NCBI GenBank assembly: GCA_910592345.1
Contig: CAJVPI010000255.1
Span: 1 to 38,571, forward strand
Length of the DNA stretch: 38,571 bases
Reading direction: 5' to 3'
Source of the DNA: Paraglomus brasilianum
Lineage: Eukaryota
Positions 23,553 through 35,298 of this stretch are shown piece by piece. The notes beneath the pieces were generated by a model that was not told where the DNA came from, did not search any database, and saw only the letters and a list, made by a program, of their open reading frames with translations. The stretch's first letter is position 1. Each line of letters starts with the position of its first letter. A program made the translations under genes and the position numbers.

Positions 23553-23909
23553 TTAGATTGGATCATCCAGTTTTTTGATGCTTTGTAGATTAAACATAAC
23601 ATTTCTACTATAGTTTGCCCATACTTGGGACAACACTCCAATTTTCTCGTTGTATTGATTGATTTCCTGCAATAATTGTCCCACTGTCAGCTTCCTCTGC
23701 AAATACTGGACATTACGCTGACAGTTATTGTACTTACGTCCATTCGATCGTTTACGTCCTCTAACACGTCGTTGAGCTTTTGCTATAACAAAGTTTCGTA
23801 TAAGCGTGACATACTTTGGCTGTATTTGGAATATTGATGTTTTACTCACAATGTTAGATACAATTCTGCTAAGCAGAGAGTTTTGTTGCTCTTCGTGCGG
23901 ATTTTCCAT
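23553..23909 (-). CDS. DAD4: DASH/Dam1 kinetochore complex subunit Dad4 (72 aa, 3 exons)
   Basis: Exons 23909-23850, 23782-23738, 23666-23553 give MENPHEEQQNSLLSRIVSNIQKLNDVLEDVNDRMDEINQYNEKIGVLSQVWANYSRNVMFNLQSIKKLDDPI, matching the Dad4 pattern MENPHE..LSRII.NV..LN..NY..V.FNL. Confidence 0.92.
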   Translation of the reverse strand: MENPHEEQQNSLLSRIVSNIVSKTSIFQIQPKYVTLIRNFVIAKAQRRVRGRKRSNGRKYNNCQRNVQYLQRKLTVGQLLQEINQYNEKIGVLSQVWANYSRNVMFNLQSIKKLDDPI

Positions 23910-24541
23910 CCTATACCAGATAAATTAGATAAAAGTTCGGTGGTGGCTAACACGCCACACGCGTTGAAATGTTAATCGGATCACATGATTTGATATTATG
24001 TAGTACAAGTGGCCACAAGATACTTAATACAATGCAAATTAAACGCTATTCGAGTTCATGTTGAGACGAATGGGAAGTCCGGTTTGAGGGTATGATTAAC
24101 AGAGAAGATTGATAGTATGCAGTTGTTGGCAAGTCGATTCAATATATGTAGCACAATAAGGATCAATTTTGCGCGTAAATAAACCCAATTCACAATAGAC
24201 GCTTTGTCAAAGATTGGAGGGAAGAACCGCCGAAACGTGCGTTTTTAATTAAATAGCAGAGGAGTGGCGATGAAGGAAGACACGTGGAAGATGCTATATT
24301 CTTTTAATTGGTAGTAAGGTCAATGTACGAATCTTGAATTGTCTGCCTTACTAATTCATATAACTATGAAAATTGATATCCGCAGTGAACTTCGCTTTTC
24401 GTTTTTCAGACATCTGGCAGACATACGTGAAATGCGAACTTTTACTCCAAGGTGTGCACAATGTTAACTCAAAAGTCCATGCCCATGGATTGAACGACCA
24501 TAGAGTGCAGCATCAAGGCAATGCTGTCATCTTTATTTCTC

Positions 24542-26027
24542 TTATGAATCGGCAGAATTTTCTATGTATTCTGCTCCATGTCCTGAATCAGTCCATTTCT
24601 CTTGTATTTCCATGATATCGCTCATGAATCCATGATCACTAATTGTGGCGGAAAATATGAGGTTTTCATCTCCATGTAACTGACCTCCAAAGACGTATCC
24701 ATTGGCACGGTCTATTACCTTCACTAATTCAAGCACTGATTTCTTGTCCTTGTAGAAATGATCGATAATAATTAGTCAACAATTGAATCTGCAAAAAGAG
24801 TACCGACTAGATAAAATTATGCTTTCCCCTTACCTCTATACAAAGTGTATAGAATGCAACAAGTGAAAAGTCTTCAACAAGGTTGCATAAGGCCCTGTTA
24901 AGGTCTTTGAATTTTTGTCCGAATGGACTATCATCCAATTGACCCAGCAGATATGACAGATCTTGAACTTCTGTGTAAAAGTCCAGATTGAATGCTGATA
25001 CGAATTGAGAAATTAATGAGAAATGTCATAACGGAAATCTAGTTTTTATAGTCTACTGCTATTTGAATTTCAATCATTAATTGGATTGTATATAATGATA
25101 TTCACCAAGTTCCCCATATGACTCTATCAGATCAACTTTGGATAATACATTCACATGAGGCAATTCAATCTGTATCATTGTCTTTAATGACAATAATAAC
25201 ATGGCAATATACTTGGTCGCATCTGTACAGTAATGCGCATCTACTAAATGCACAGTTACCAGCTGGGATAAATCAGGCAAAACTTAGTGAACACACGAAT
25301 ATCTAATCAAACAAGCATAATCATTAATGTAAATGCTCACTCTATAGTCCAGCTTGACCAATTTTTCAATAATATTCTTGACTGAATCATGATGAGTGAA
25401 CAATTCAACTTGGCCCGGCAAATCAAACAATACGTAATCGTCTGCATACACGAAACAAAGTAGTTCAGTGTATCTTGTAAAAGCTCCATTCTTGTTGTCC
25501 GGTTATCGCTATCTGCCACGTACCTCCAAGAGCTTTCAGTTCGTCCTCGAGCCAATCAAAATTCTTCTCCAGAAACTCCATACAGTACATAATACCACCA
25601 TTAGGACCGAGTTTAAGTTCATCCATTGATTCCTCAAGAGTAATAAGATCAGAGACATTCACTGCACAATCGTAGGGAACATGATCATTGGCCGGATCAA
25701 GATTTATCACGGAGACTTTTCTATTGTATTAAAAATCTTAAAGGTCAAAAGAAGCACGCCAAACTTGCCAAATACATAACCATATCACGTATGCGGTAGA
25801 TCCCACCGTCCAGTAGCATTAAAGAATTGCTGCATGCCATGACAATAAGTGGTCTTCCCGGAGCCTGTCCTTGTTTGATTTATCGTTGTTAATTCCGTTG
25901 GAAATTTCCGTTATTATAAGAGAGCATATCTTACCTGGAGGCCCAATAACTATCTTTATAATTATGGTCAGCGTATGTTACTAATTAGTGGCATGTAAAA
26001 GAATTGTCTTACCTGACCAAAAGGCAT
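24542..26027 (-). CDS. GPN2: GPN-loop GTPase 2
   Basis: [87 protein letters not shown]. Confidence 0.93.
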
Positions 26028-26557
26028 ATCGGTCAACCGACCGTAACAAACAGGGCAGTTGCGTTTACGTTTTTTAATGCCGCAGTAAGATCACGTGATT
26101 CTGTTAATAAGTCAATGTGACTTCTGCAAAAATGAAGAGATTTAGATCTAATGCTACAGCTAGTAAACTATTATAATTGCGTTATTTCCTCAACTGTAAT
26201 TGATATTTAATTAGTCTTTTGATGATGGCTTCTTTTAATATGATAACTACCGTACTAATATTGTAAACCCCGGGAGGGCAATTCTGCCCAAATTTAACAA
26301 GACCAAATATAAGCATAGAAATGCCAGAAATCGAAATAATTTAATCAACGGAATGTCAGTACAAACTTATTTTATATTTTAATTATGTATGGTGCCAACT
26401 GGACGATTGCAAATTAAAGGGTTCCAAGAGATTAATATTTGTTCGATGTATTAGTATCTCTATTTACAATACAAAATTAATATCTTGTACCAGACCATGT
26501 GACTTGCCACAATCTCATCTCATCTGTACGCATATGATCAACACATTTTTTTTGACA

Positions 26558-28049
26558 ATGTCGAACTCGTCTGTTAGAACGGAAGAAACGACAACAAATG
26601 ACAATGCTATCGATCGTGATGCGTTGAAATTTGAACGATGGTGTAGGAGTTTAAAATACATCACAGGTCTTGGACTAACCGAACAGGAAAAAGAACTATA
26701 CCGCCAAAAAAAAGCGGGAGAATTAGAAGCGTCCCAGTGCAGAAAATGCAAAAAATGGAGAGATGAATTAATGAGATCTAGTCAGTACTTGTTCTTTGCC
26801 GAAATAGATATGCTAATCTGAACAAAAACATTTGATTACGCAAGGCCATCGATCGAAGAATGATGAATTCAAAGATTTAAATTTGGATTGGCAAAATTAA
26901 TCGAATTGAATCGAAATGCTGAAAATCTGTTAATTTACAAAGGACGTGTTTGCTGTCAACATTTTCGGATATGTCCAGTCTTTGATGACCGAAACTCAAC
27001 CGATGGTCGTCAATTACTATTTTTCTGCCATTTATTCATCGAACTATTGCAAATGGCAACTGGCTCTGTCTTAAGACTGGAGGTTGTCCGAAAGGAGATG
27101 TGTCGTTTATGGATTAACTGATTTTCGGTATTTCGATCTTAGTAAAATTTGGGAGAGAAAAGCAACCTAGCGAAATTTCTTTTGACAACTTGGTGATAGA
27201 AGAATAGTCCAAGTAATTAACTAAATAAATTTGTCGAGAGTATTCCAGAAATCAAAGCTTATTTCTGCATCATAGTCAATAAGATAAATTTTAATTAATT
27301 CTATTTCGCTTTATTTTAAATTTGTAATCAAAGATTTTTGTTCAGGTAGTGTAAATCGTTATTGCCTATTATTGTGATGTCGATATCTAATGTGTTTAAT
27401 AATAATTCTGATATTCTGTCCACAAACATTCAGGCCCGACAGTGATTTTCATGCTTCAAAATATAGAGAAAGCTGGTTGTAAGATATCTAAAAAGCATTT
27501 TGAATGCCATCCATGTGATGCTACTCGTTCTGGTGGATTTTCACCTGAATTTGGGATCCTTCTCTGTCAGAATCGATTCTTATCCAAAAGGCATCAAGAG
27601 ATTACAATGGTGCACGAAATGGTCCATTTGTATGATCATTGTAGATTCAAAATTGATTGGACTAACTGTTTGCATCATGCTTGTAGCGAGGTAATGTCTT
27701 ATCCAAGCAGATTTCGTGAGATTTAACATGTAGTGAAATAATATTTTTAAACGAATTAGGTCCGTGCAGCAAGTCTTAGTGGAGATTGTGGATGGACGAG
27801 AGAAATACGTAGAGGATTCTTTACTTTTACAAAGCAGCATCAGGTAAAAATCATGACTATTATTCCTGCTACAAGAATACTTGATAACTCTAATGCAACC
27901 TGTTTGAATAGACTTGTGTAAAACGACGTGCCATACTTTCGGTCTCCCAAAGTGCCCATTGTTCAGCTCCAGGCATAGCTGAGCGATCAGTGGCTGAAGT
28001 GTTTGAAAGCTGTTTTAGAGATACACAACCGTTTGATGAGATATATTGA
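26558..28049 (+). CDS. ATP23: Mitochondrial inner membrane metalloprotease Atp23
   Basis: CRKCKKWRDELMRSSPTVIFML, SGGFSPEFGILLCQN, HEMVH (HExxH), HHACSEVRAASLSGDC, CFRDTQPFDEIY*; 4 exons, first intron 26781-27433. Confidence 0.95.
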
Positions 28050-28268
28050 TTTAGAGAAACAATTTGGCAATGATATTGGATTTACATGAAAGATAAGTTA
28101 TTATTAATCTAATGACAATCTACTGGAATTGATCATTTGTTATACTACACTAGCACGCAACAAAAGTTTTCCTCATTAATTATGACACATTTTGTACAAG
28201 GTTACTGACACGACAGAACAAAAAATACATTTGATCACACCAACTTCTGTCACCAATCATGTTAACGG

Positions 28269-31200
28269 CTATTCCTGATCTTCTGTTGCTTCATCACTTA
28301 GCGTCCTTTCATTCGACGATAAGTGATCTCCCTGACTTTCTTGCTCAAGACTGTCATGTTCTTCTACATCATCTTCATATTCAAGTTCTTCTTCCTGACT
28401 ATTTTCGTTGTATTGTTCCTCCTCCGATGAGCCTGCGTTCTCTGCCTCTACCTCCTCCTCCTCTTCGTCCTCAGCTTCCTCAGCTTCATCCTCTTGATCT
28501 TCTTCCAGAATATCGAATTCGGGATGATTCAATTTGACAAGCTCTGTTAGTGAATCTAACTCGCCAGTCTGTTCGCATAAATAATGAAAAAGACTTTTTG
28601 GATCCATTATGAGATTATATGGTGTGTCGTATTCAGCTATCTCTCCATCGTCTATGAAAAATAATCGAATAGACATGTTAAGCATCATGGTTGTGAAAAC
28701 TTTCATTTCCATCAAATAAAAATACGTACCGAGAACGAGCATTCTGTCTGAATCAATCACAGTTCGAAATCGATGACTGATGCATAAAACTGTTGCGTGA
28801 TGAAATTCATTACGAATTATCTCTTGTATTTTGTTCGCCATCTCTGGATCAATACTAGCCATTGCTACCAAGTGATAAAGATTCGTCATTTTCGGATCAG
28901 ATTAAGAGGTAAAGATAGTAAGACAAATAATTACCTTCGTCCATTACAATTATCTACGATAATGATAATGATTCAATGACGTTGAAGAGTCGTTAGGTTA
29001 GTGGACAGTATCAACCCAAGCAATATAATCTAAATTATTACCTTTGCCTGTCTCAATAAAGCTCTTGCTAAACACAGGAGCTGTCTGTGTCCTCTTGAAA
29101 AATTGCTTCCACCTTCATTAACCGGATCGTCTAGACTTTTGATTGGTCCAACTAAAATACCACCTTGGTCACTGGCTGGATTCTCTTCAATCGATATGAA
29201 ATTTACTCTTCGAAGAGATTCCCATAATTCATGGTCATTGTACATATTACAAATATCGAGATTAGAACGTATTGTCCCTTCAAACAATATAGGATCTACA
29301 TGGACGTAAGCAATGATTAACAGATCTATGGTGATTCAGTAGTTTCTGCACACAAGTATTCTAACTGTTACCTTCGTTTATCAGTGTTATACGTGACCTA
29401 AGGTCTTCTAGCCCAATGTCAGCAATGTTGATACCATCAATGACAATGGCACCGTCCGAAGGCTCTATAAGTCTCAGGAAAGAATTCGCAAGCGTAGTTT
29501 TACCGGAACCTGTCCTGTAAAAACACCAGCCAATTAGTTATATTGGTTATGACCAGATAGACTAAAAGACAATCTAAATTTAACTAATAAGATAAAATGC
29601 AGCATAAACTTGTATTGTATACCTTCCAACAATCCCTATTTTCTCCTCAGAGTCGACTGAAAATGTAATGTTATTGAGAGCTGGCTTAGAGTTTGCTTCC
29701 GAATACTTGACAACCAGTTTGGTGACTTCAATGTTTCCTCTTGTTGGCCACTAAAATTCAGTAATAGATTTATAAGACTTAAATAGCTAATTAAAAATTG
29801 GTTTATACTGTAACTTACAGCATTTGGAGGATGCTGACTGTCAATAATTGCTGGAGGTTCCTGCGGCATATCAATATATTCCTCAATACGTTCAACGCTA
29901 ATAAACGTTCGCTGTTATTAGATGATCACCATCAATCTTAGCTTGCAGTCGTATTACTTACCTATTCAAACCAGTTTCCATTGTTATGAAGTCCTTAACG
30001 AGTAACTATACGACAAATCAGGGTGTCGAATAGATCATATTAAATTCTGATATTTCTACCAGTATACACGACATCAATTTATGCATTTGTAATACTCACA
30101 AAGACTATCTGTACGAAACCCAATGCATAGCTTAAAGCAAAACCAGCAAGGCCAGCGTTGATTCTATCAAAGTGCCACAGAATAAACACGCCTGCTAAGT
30201 ACGATGCAACAGCACCGATACATCCCATTCGGACCGACATCCATCTGTTAGACATATGCAACAGATATGTTGTCCGGTTTGCTGTGTTAAGCCTATGGTT
30301 TAACAAAGATAGCATGGAAATGACGAAATTAAATTTGGTTGAATTTGCGTCCAATATAAACAAAGGCAACTCAACTCTACCTTTCAACAAAAACACTAGC
30401 GAAATGACGTTCATGGTTGTATGCTCGAATAACAGTAATGCCACTAGGAAAAAAAAACATTAAAGTAAGCGCACTTCATTCGAATACTACTTAACCGAAT
30501 GAAAAGACGTCTTACCTAGCAGTATCACTGAACCAAGATGTAACAACAGTTCTTGTCTTACTTTGCAATTGTTTTAACTCTCTTGACGCGTTTATGTACA
30601 TAGTACCGATACGTATGTAACATATGGCTGTTGAAGAGATAACAACGTTAATATAGATATGGAGAAAAATTTTTAGAAATAGAATTAAACTACTGACCAA
30701 TTATGACTGATACCAACGAATACTCCTTGACGACAGCTGTTACGACCAATAAGACGCTTATAGCACCCACCAAATTTCCCAAGAAATTAGCCATGACTGT
30801 CACTATTCCTTGATCGACCAGTCCAAGGTCTTTGGAAAATCTGTTCATGATTCTTCCTAATGGCGCCGTATCAAAGAAGCTTAACGGTGCTCTTAATATG
30901 GCATTGAGCGGCCTAGTAAAGAGCCTTTTAGAACCTTTCAATGATATACAAGACTGACATATCATACGAGCGATAGTAACAGAAGCCGATACCAAAGCAA
31001 TAACGGCATAAATTCGTAGATAGTATAAATTATCTACATATGGCTTTGTCTCCGTTTCACCGGCTAACTGGCCATGCGTCATGTTAACACTAGTATTCGG
31101 AGCATCAAACGCATCCGACCATACTTTTAGTAAGTAAGTCTCTCCAACTGTTAAAGACCGAATAATTCCGAATAAAAGCACTAAAGCCAGCCATATAATC

Positions 31201-34200
31201 ACACCGCCGCTTGATTTCATGTAGAACCAATAAACACGTGGCCGAACAAATCCATGCGTACGCACTTCAATATATGACAAAGAAATGATAATATTTCTAA
31301 TAAGTATATTTACAGTTATCCTTGTACAATCAAAATGTCATACCTTCATCGGATGCCCAATTCCTCGTTTCGGTGACGGGTCTGTCTATCATTTCATTGT
31401 TAAGATCTTCTTCTACACCAAGCATCTCTTCACTTAATGCGCCGGAATTTTTAACCTCGTCCGGTGTGCCTTTTGTCAGAACCGTGCCATCACCCAGCAC
31501 AACCATGTACTCGGCAGAGCTCAACAGTAGTCTAGCATATTGAGACACGGCAATAACTGTACGTCCATTAAAGAATCCCTGATCACGACAATTCTCGAGT
31601 ATCAGCCGTGCTATTATTATGATTGCAAACAAGAAATTAGAATTACTCATCATTTGGTATTGATAAATGAAAAGAGCATACCTTTGGGAGCGTCGACGGA
31701 CGACAAGCAATCGTCCAAAAGTAATACACGGGCGGAGCTGTAGAATCCACGGGCTAGTGTAACACACGCTTTCTGAGTCTCTGTCAGGACGACGTTTTCC
31801 CCGCCATACTAATAATGTCAAATAATCATTTTGTCAACTTAACCATAGCAATGAAAACCTTCATCACAATTAGACCAGACTGATCATACCTCGGTCATGT
31901 CAGACTGGGCCATATTTTCGAATTCTCCGGCCAATCAACAAGCACTAACAACTTTCAAATAATCTTCACGACGATAAGCCTCCCCAAATAATATGTTATC
32001 TCGTATTGTTCCGTTCTCAAGCCACGGCCGTTGTGGGATATAAGCAATTGAACCCAGCGGGGATTGGATCGTGCCTTGCAACAAAATTGTTTCTCTGAGT
32101 AGAGATAACAGCACCATGCTCTTTCCAGAACCTTTGTGACCACCTGATTTGACAATGATTAGACGTTGTCAATCAGACTTGTAGAAGAAAACATTATTTG
32201 TAACAACGAGTTTCAATAATACATACATAAAAGACTCAGTTTGCCAATAGGGAACTCTATGGTTAAATTTTTCAAAATAAAGTCTATCGGCCCGCGGGTG
32301 TACCATGCAACGTCAGCGCCGTCAAAGCCTACCCTTATCATATTTGTAGAATCGCTAGAAACCGGAGAGTCTCTTGGCACATCCGGTTCATTAAGAAAAC
32401 GTTCTACTCGTCCAACAGCAACGCCGAGCCCGCACAGTTCTGTTATTAAATTCGGTAGAATCTGAAGGGGTTGCTTCAGTGTATTGAAAAGCATTATACT
32501 AGTGAAAGCGATTGCTGCCGTTAAAGATCCACCAAATGTAAAGGTGTATACAGCAAAAGCAAATAGTGTCACAAGGAATGGCGTAATATGGACCAAAATA
32601 TTGACAACGGCAATACGTCGGAAGAGACTCCGGAGATGCTTGAGTTCAATTTTGCGAGATTCTAATAGATATTATTAAGTAAGTAACTGCGATCAACTCT
32701 AAAATAACTGAAAAGTTTTTAGCACAAATAAAAGTCAAATTACGCATAAGTTTTTCGTAAAAATTGCGTTCTCCAGCTATCATTCTGATCATTCGAACTG
32801 CGTGAAGAAACTTTTGTCAGGCGAGATAAAAGTCTGTTAATGAGTAGGACTAGGATGAACCACCATAGACTGATGCCAATATACAATGGATACCTCGAAT
32901 ATTTCGCTTACTCGTTCATCGCGTGCTTTCTTAACTCGTTTTTGCAGGCGACTGACACGCTTTCCTATCTTTCTGTTAGCCCAAAGACAAAGGATCATAA
33001 TAAGAACACCAAACAGCCCCGATACTCCCAACAGGCAATATAGATAGAAGGTAGCGACAATGATTTCCAATGGAATAGTGAGAAGGAAGGGAAGATTTGA
33101 AAAAAACCCCGCTACATCGTCGACGTCTACATTGAGAACGCTGGGTCTCATACTGCCTCGATACGGTGCAGTCATTGAGCGTAGTTGTTTCTCATACAGA
33201 AGTACGCTTAGCATCTGCTCCACGCGTGTTCCGAGCCAAACTACCTGATAATTTAGTTGGTTCAATAAGATAATTCTTGCTATTTCAGATACCAATATTC
33301 CAAATATATAAAGATAAGGTTCTTCAGATGGCTTTTGAGACCGATCCGCAGTCTGCATGTATTCTAGCAAACGTTGAAGAAAAAAGGGCGTAGTGAACGC
33401 AAATATTGAACGAAATATTGCAATAATGAAAAAGCGTATCAAGTTTTTAGCATTTGTAGCGAACAAACGCGATAGAACGTCCATATTAGCCATTCTGTTT
33501 GCAATAATAACTCATGTTATATTTCAAATTCAATTTTAGAATCAACATACAGTTTAGAGAATTACTAAAACTTACCCCAGAAGTTCTTGATAGCATCGAA
33601 CAGCCTCACACTTTCTTGGAAGATCCCATAGATCAGCCTCAGATAGCTCTCGCGCATTCCCCAATTTAATCAATAAAGTCATCCATGAAAACGAAAGAAG
33701 TGACCATTGTGATGCTGTTGTATCGTGCGACACCACTCCGTCTCTTAATTCAGGATGGCGTGGTCTTGACAGAGATAATGCGAACAAGACGAGACCTGCA
33801 GCGGCATTGCATATACCGAATACTAATTCGTATTCCCTGTCGCTATTTTTCAACACGGATCTAAGATTTACCGCAGCTGCTACTGCATAAAGTGCATACA
33901 GCGCAGACAAATGCTTAATGTAAGCATATTGCGACTGTTTTTGCCGTGTTATCAAGTGGCATGCGTTTAGAGCCCCTATGTAAAACTGTATAAATAGGGA
34001 ACGGTATATTGTTTGAGAAATGAATGAAATAGAACAACAATTCAAGTATAGATCTGCATATGATCAACTCATACTGATCGTCTTACCCAAGAAATAAATA
34101 AACCGACAGCGCCTATAACCCAATATAATCCATAGTCGTGCGTTTCGAAATACTCGTCAAATCTCCAACCGAAAAGAAACCCCACAAACGCCAGATGAAT

Positions 34201-34711
34201 GAAGGATATGATGAACTGAGACACATCATATTTGGTGATCGTTACAGGTTCAATCGTATCTTGATCATCGAAATCTATACTTATTGGCGATATGAGCTGG
34301 TAGGGATGTTCTTCTCTCGGCCTTCGACAAAGATATCGTAGAAAAAGACCCGTTATGGATGCGATTACGGCCGTCAGTGGAATGGTGGCATTCAGTATAC
34401 TGGCAAGCGAGAGTTTGTGTGTGTGGTTTGTTTAGGCGAAAAAACTGTAGAACATAATGGGATATATTCTACCCAATTTAACATGAAAAACGCCTGTTGT
34501 ATTGCGCACCCTTTAGTCAGGAACTTACACTTCTCTCGCACATGGGGTAAGGTCAAGGCCGTCTTCAGTGAAAGGTCCCTGTTTAGTTGGCACAATTGTG
34601 TAATCAGTAGAGCCCGGATTCGCAGTCTTGGAGTTGTCTTGCTACTAGGCTATTGGGTTGACTTACCCAATCGCTTCTCGGTCCACACAGACCTAAATTT
34701 CCTTCCAACAT
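28269..34711 (-). CDS. Long-type ABCC/MRP transporter (TMD0-TMD1-NBD1-TMD2-NBD2), ~22 exons, atypical NBD motifs, one in-frame TGA (possible pseudogene allele)
   Basis: [26 protein letters not shown]0 start; [29 protein letters not shown] linker; Walker A GHKGSGKS and [49 protein letters not shown] at 31935-31937. Confidence 0.88.
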
Positions 34712-35298
34712 TACGACAAGGCAAGATGTGGGAGTGATTGTAATAGATAATCGCGTAAAGCCTGACGCCTAGGTTATATTAATTGTCACGTGGTAGCCTT
34801 TTTGGTAATTTTTTTTGTTGGCGCATATTCCACCCCAATTGTGGTTTTGTATGTTGGTTATTGTGTAGTTAATTGGCCAAATTTCCCTCACATCTAATCT
34901 TTGTTTTCACTATACTGTTTGGGTGCAGAGTGGGCTGCAAAAAATTCTGCGAGATCAATGCGTGTGTTCGGTCTGTGTTCCTTACATATTAATATATACA
35001 GTGAAAATCGACTAGACTCATTGTTGGTGAATTGTGCATTCAATGTGCGGTCAATCTTTTATTCAACGCTCCAAACAACTAAAATCGAGGTAACACTAAT
35101 TACTGCGTATCTATGTCTATTACTATCTCTTGGAATAAGGTTTTGCTATTAGCAAATTTTATTGGATTCTAACCCAATGTCAGAATGTCCATGCAGTAAT
35201 GTGCAATAAATTAATTCATTTCTTACGAATAAGGGGACACAAACGATTAATTATACTCCAGAATCACTCTATTACGTCCACAATCCCTAAATATGACC

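Noticed and set aside
31935..31937. Selenocysteine recoding of the Cys-TGA in the ABC transporter
   Set aside because: The position aligns to a small non-Cys residue in ABCC NBD1, this is not a known selenoprotein family, and I could not identify a SECIS.
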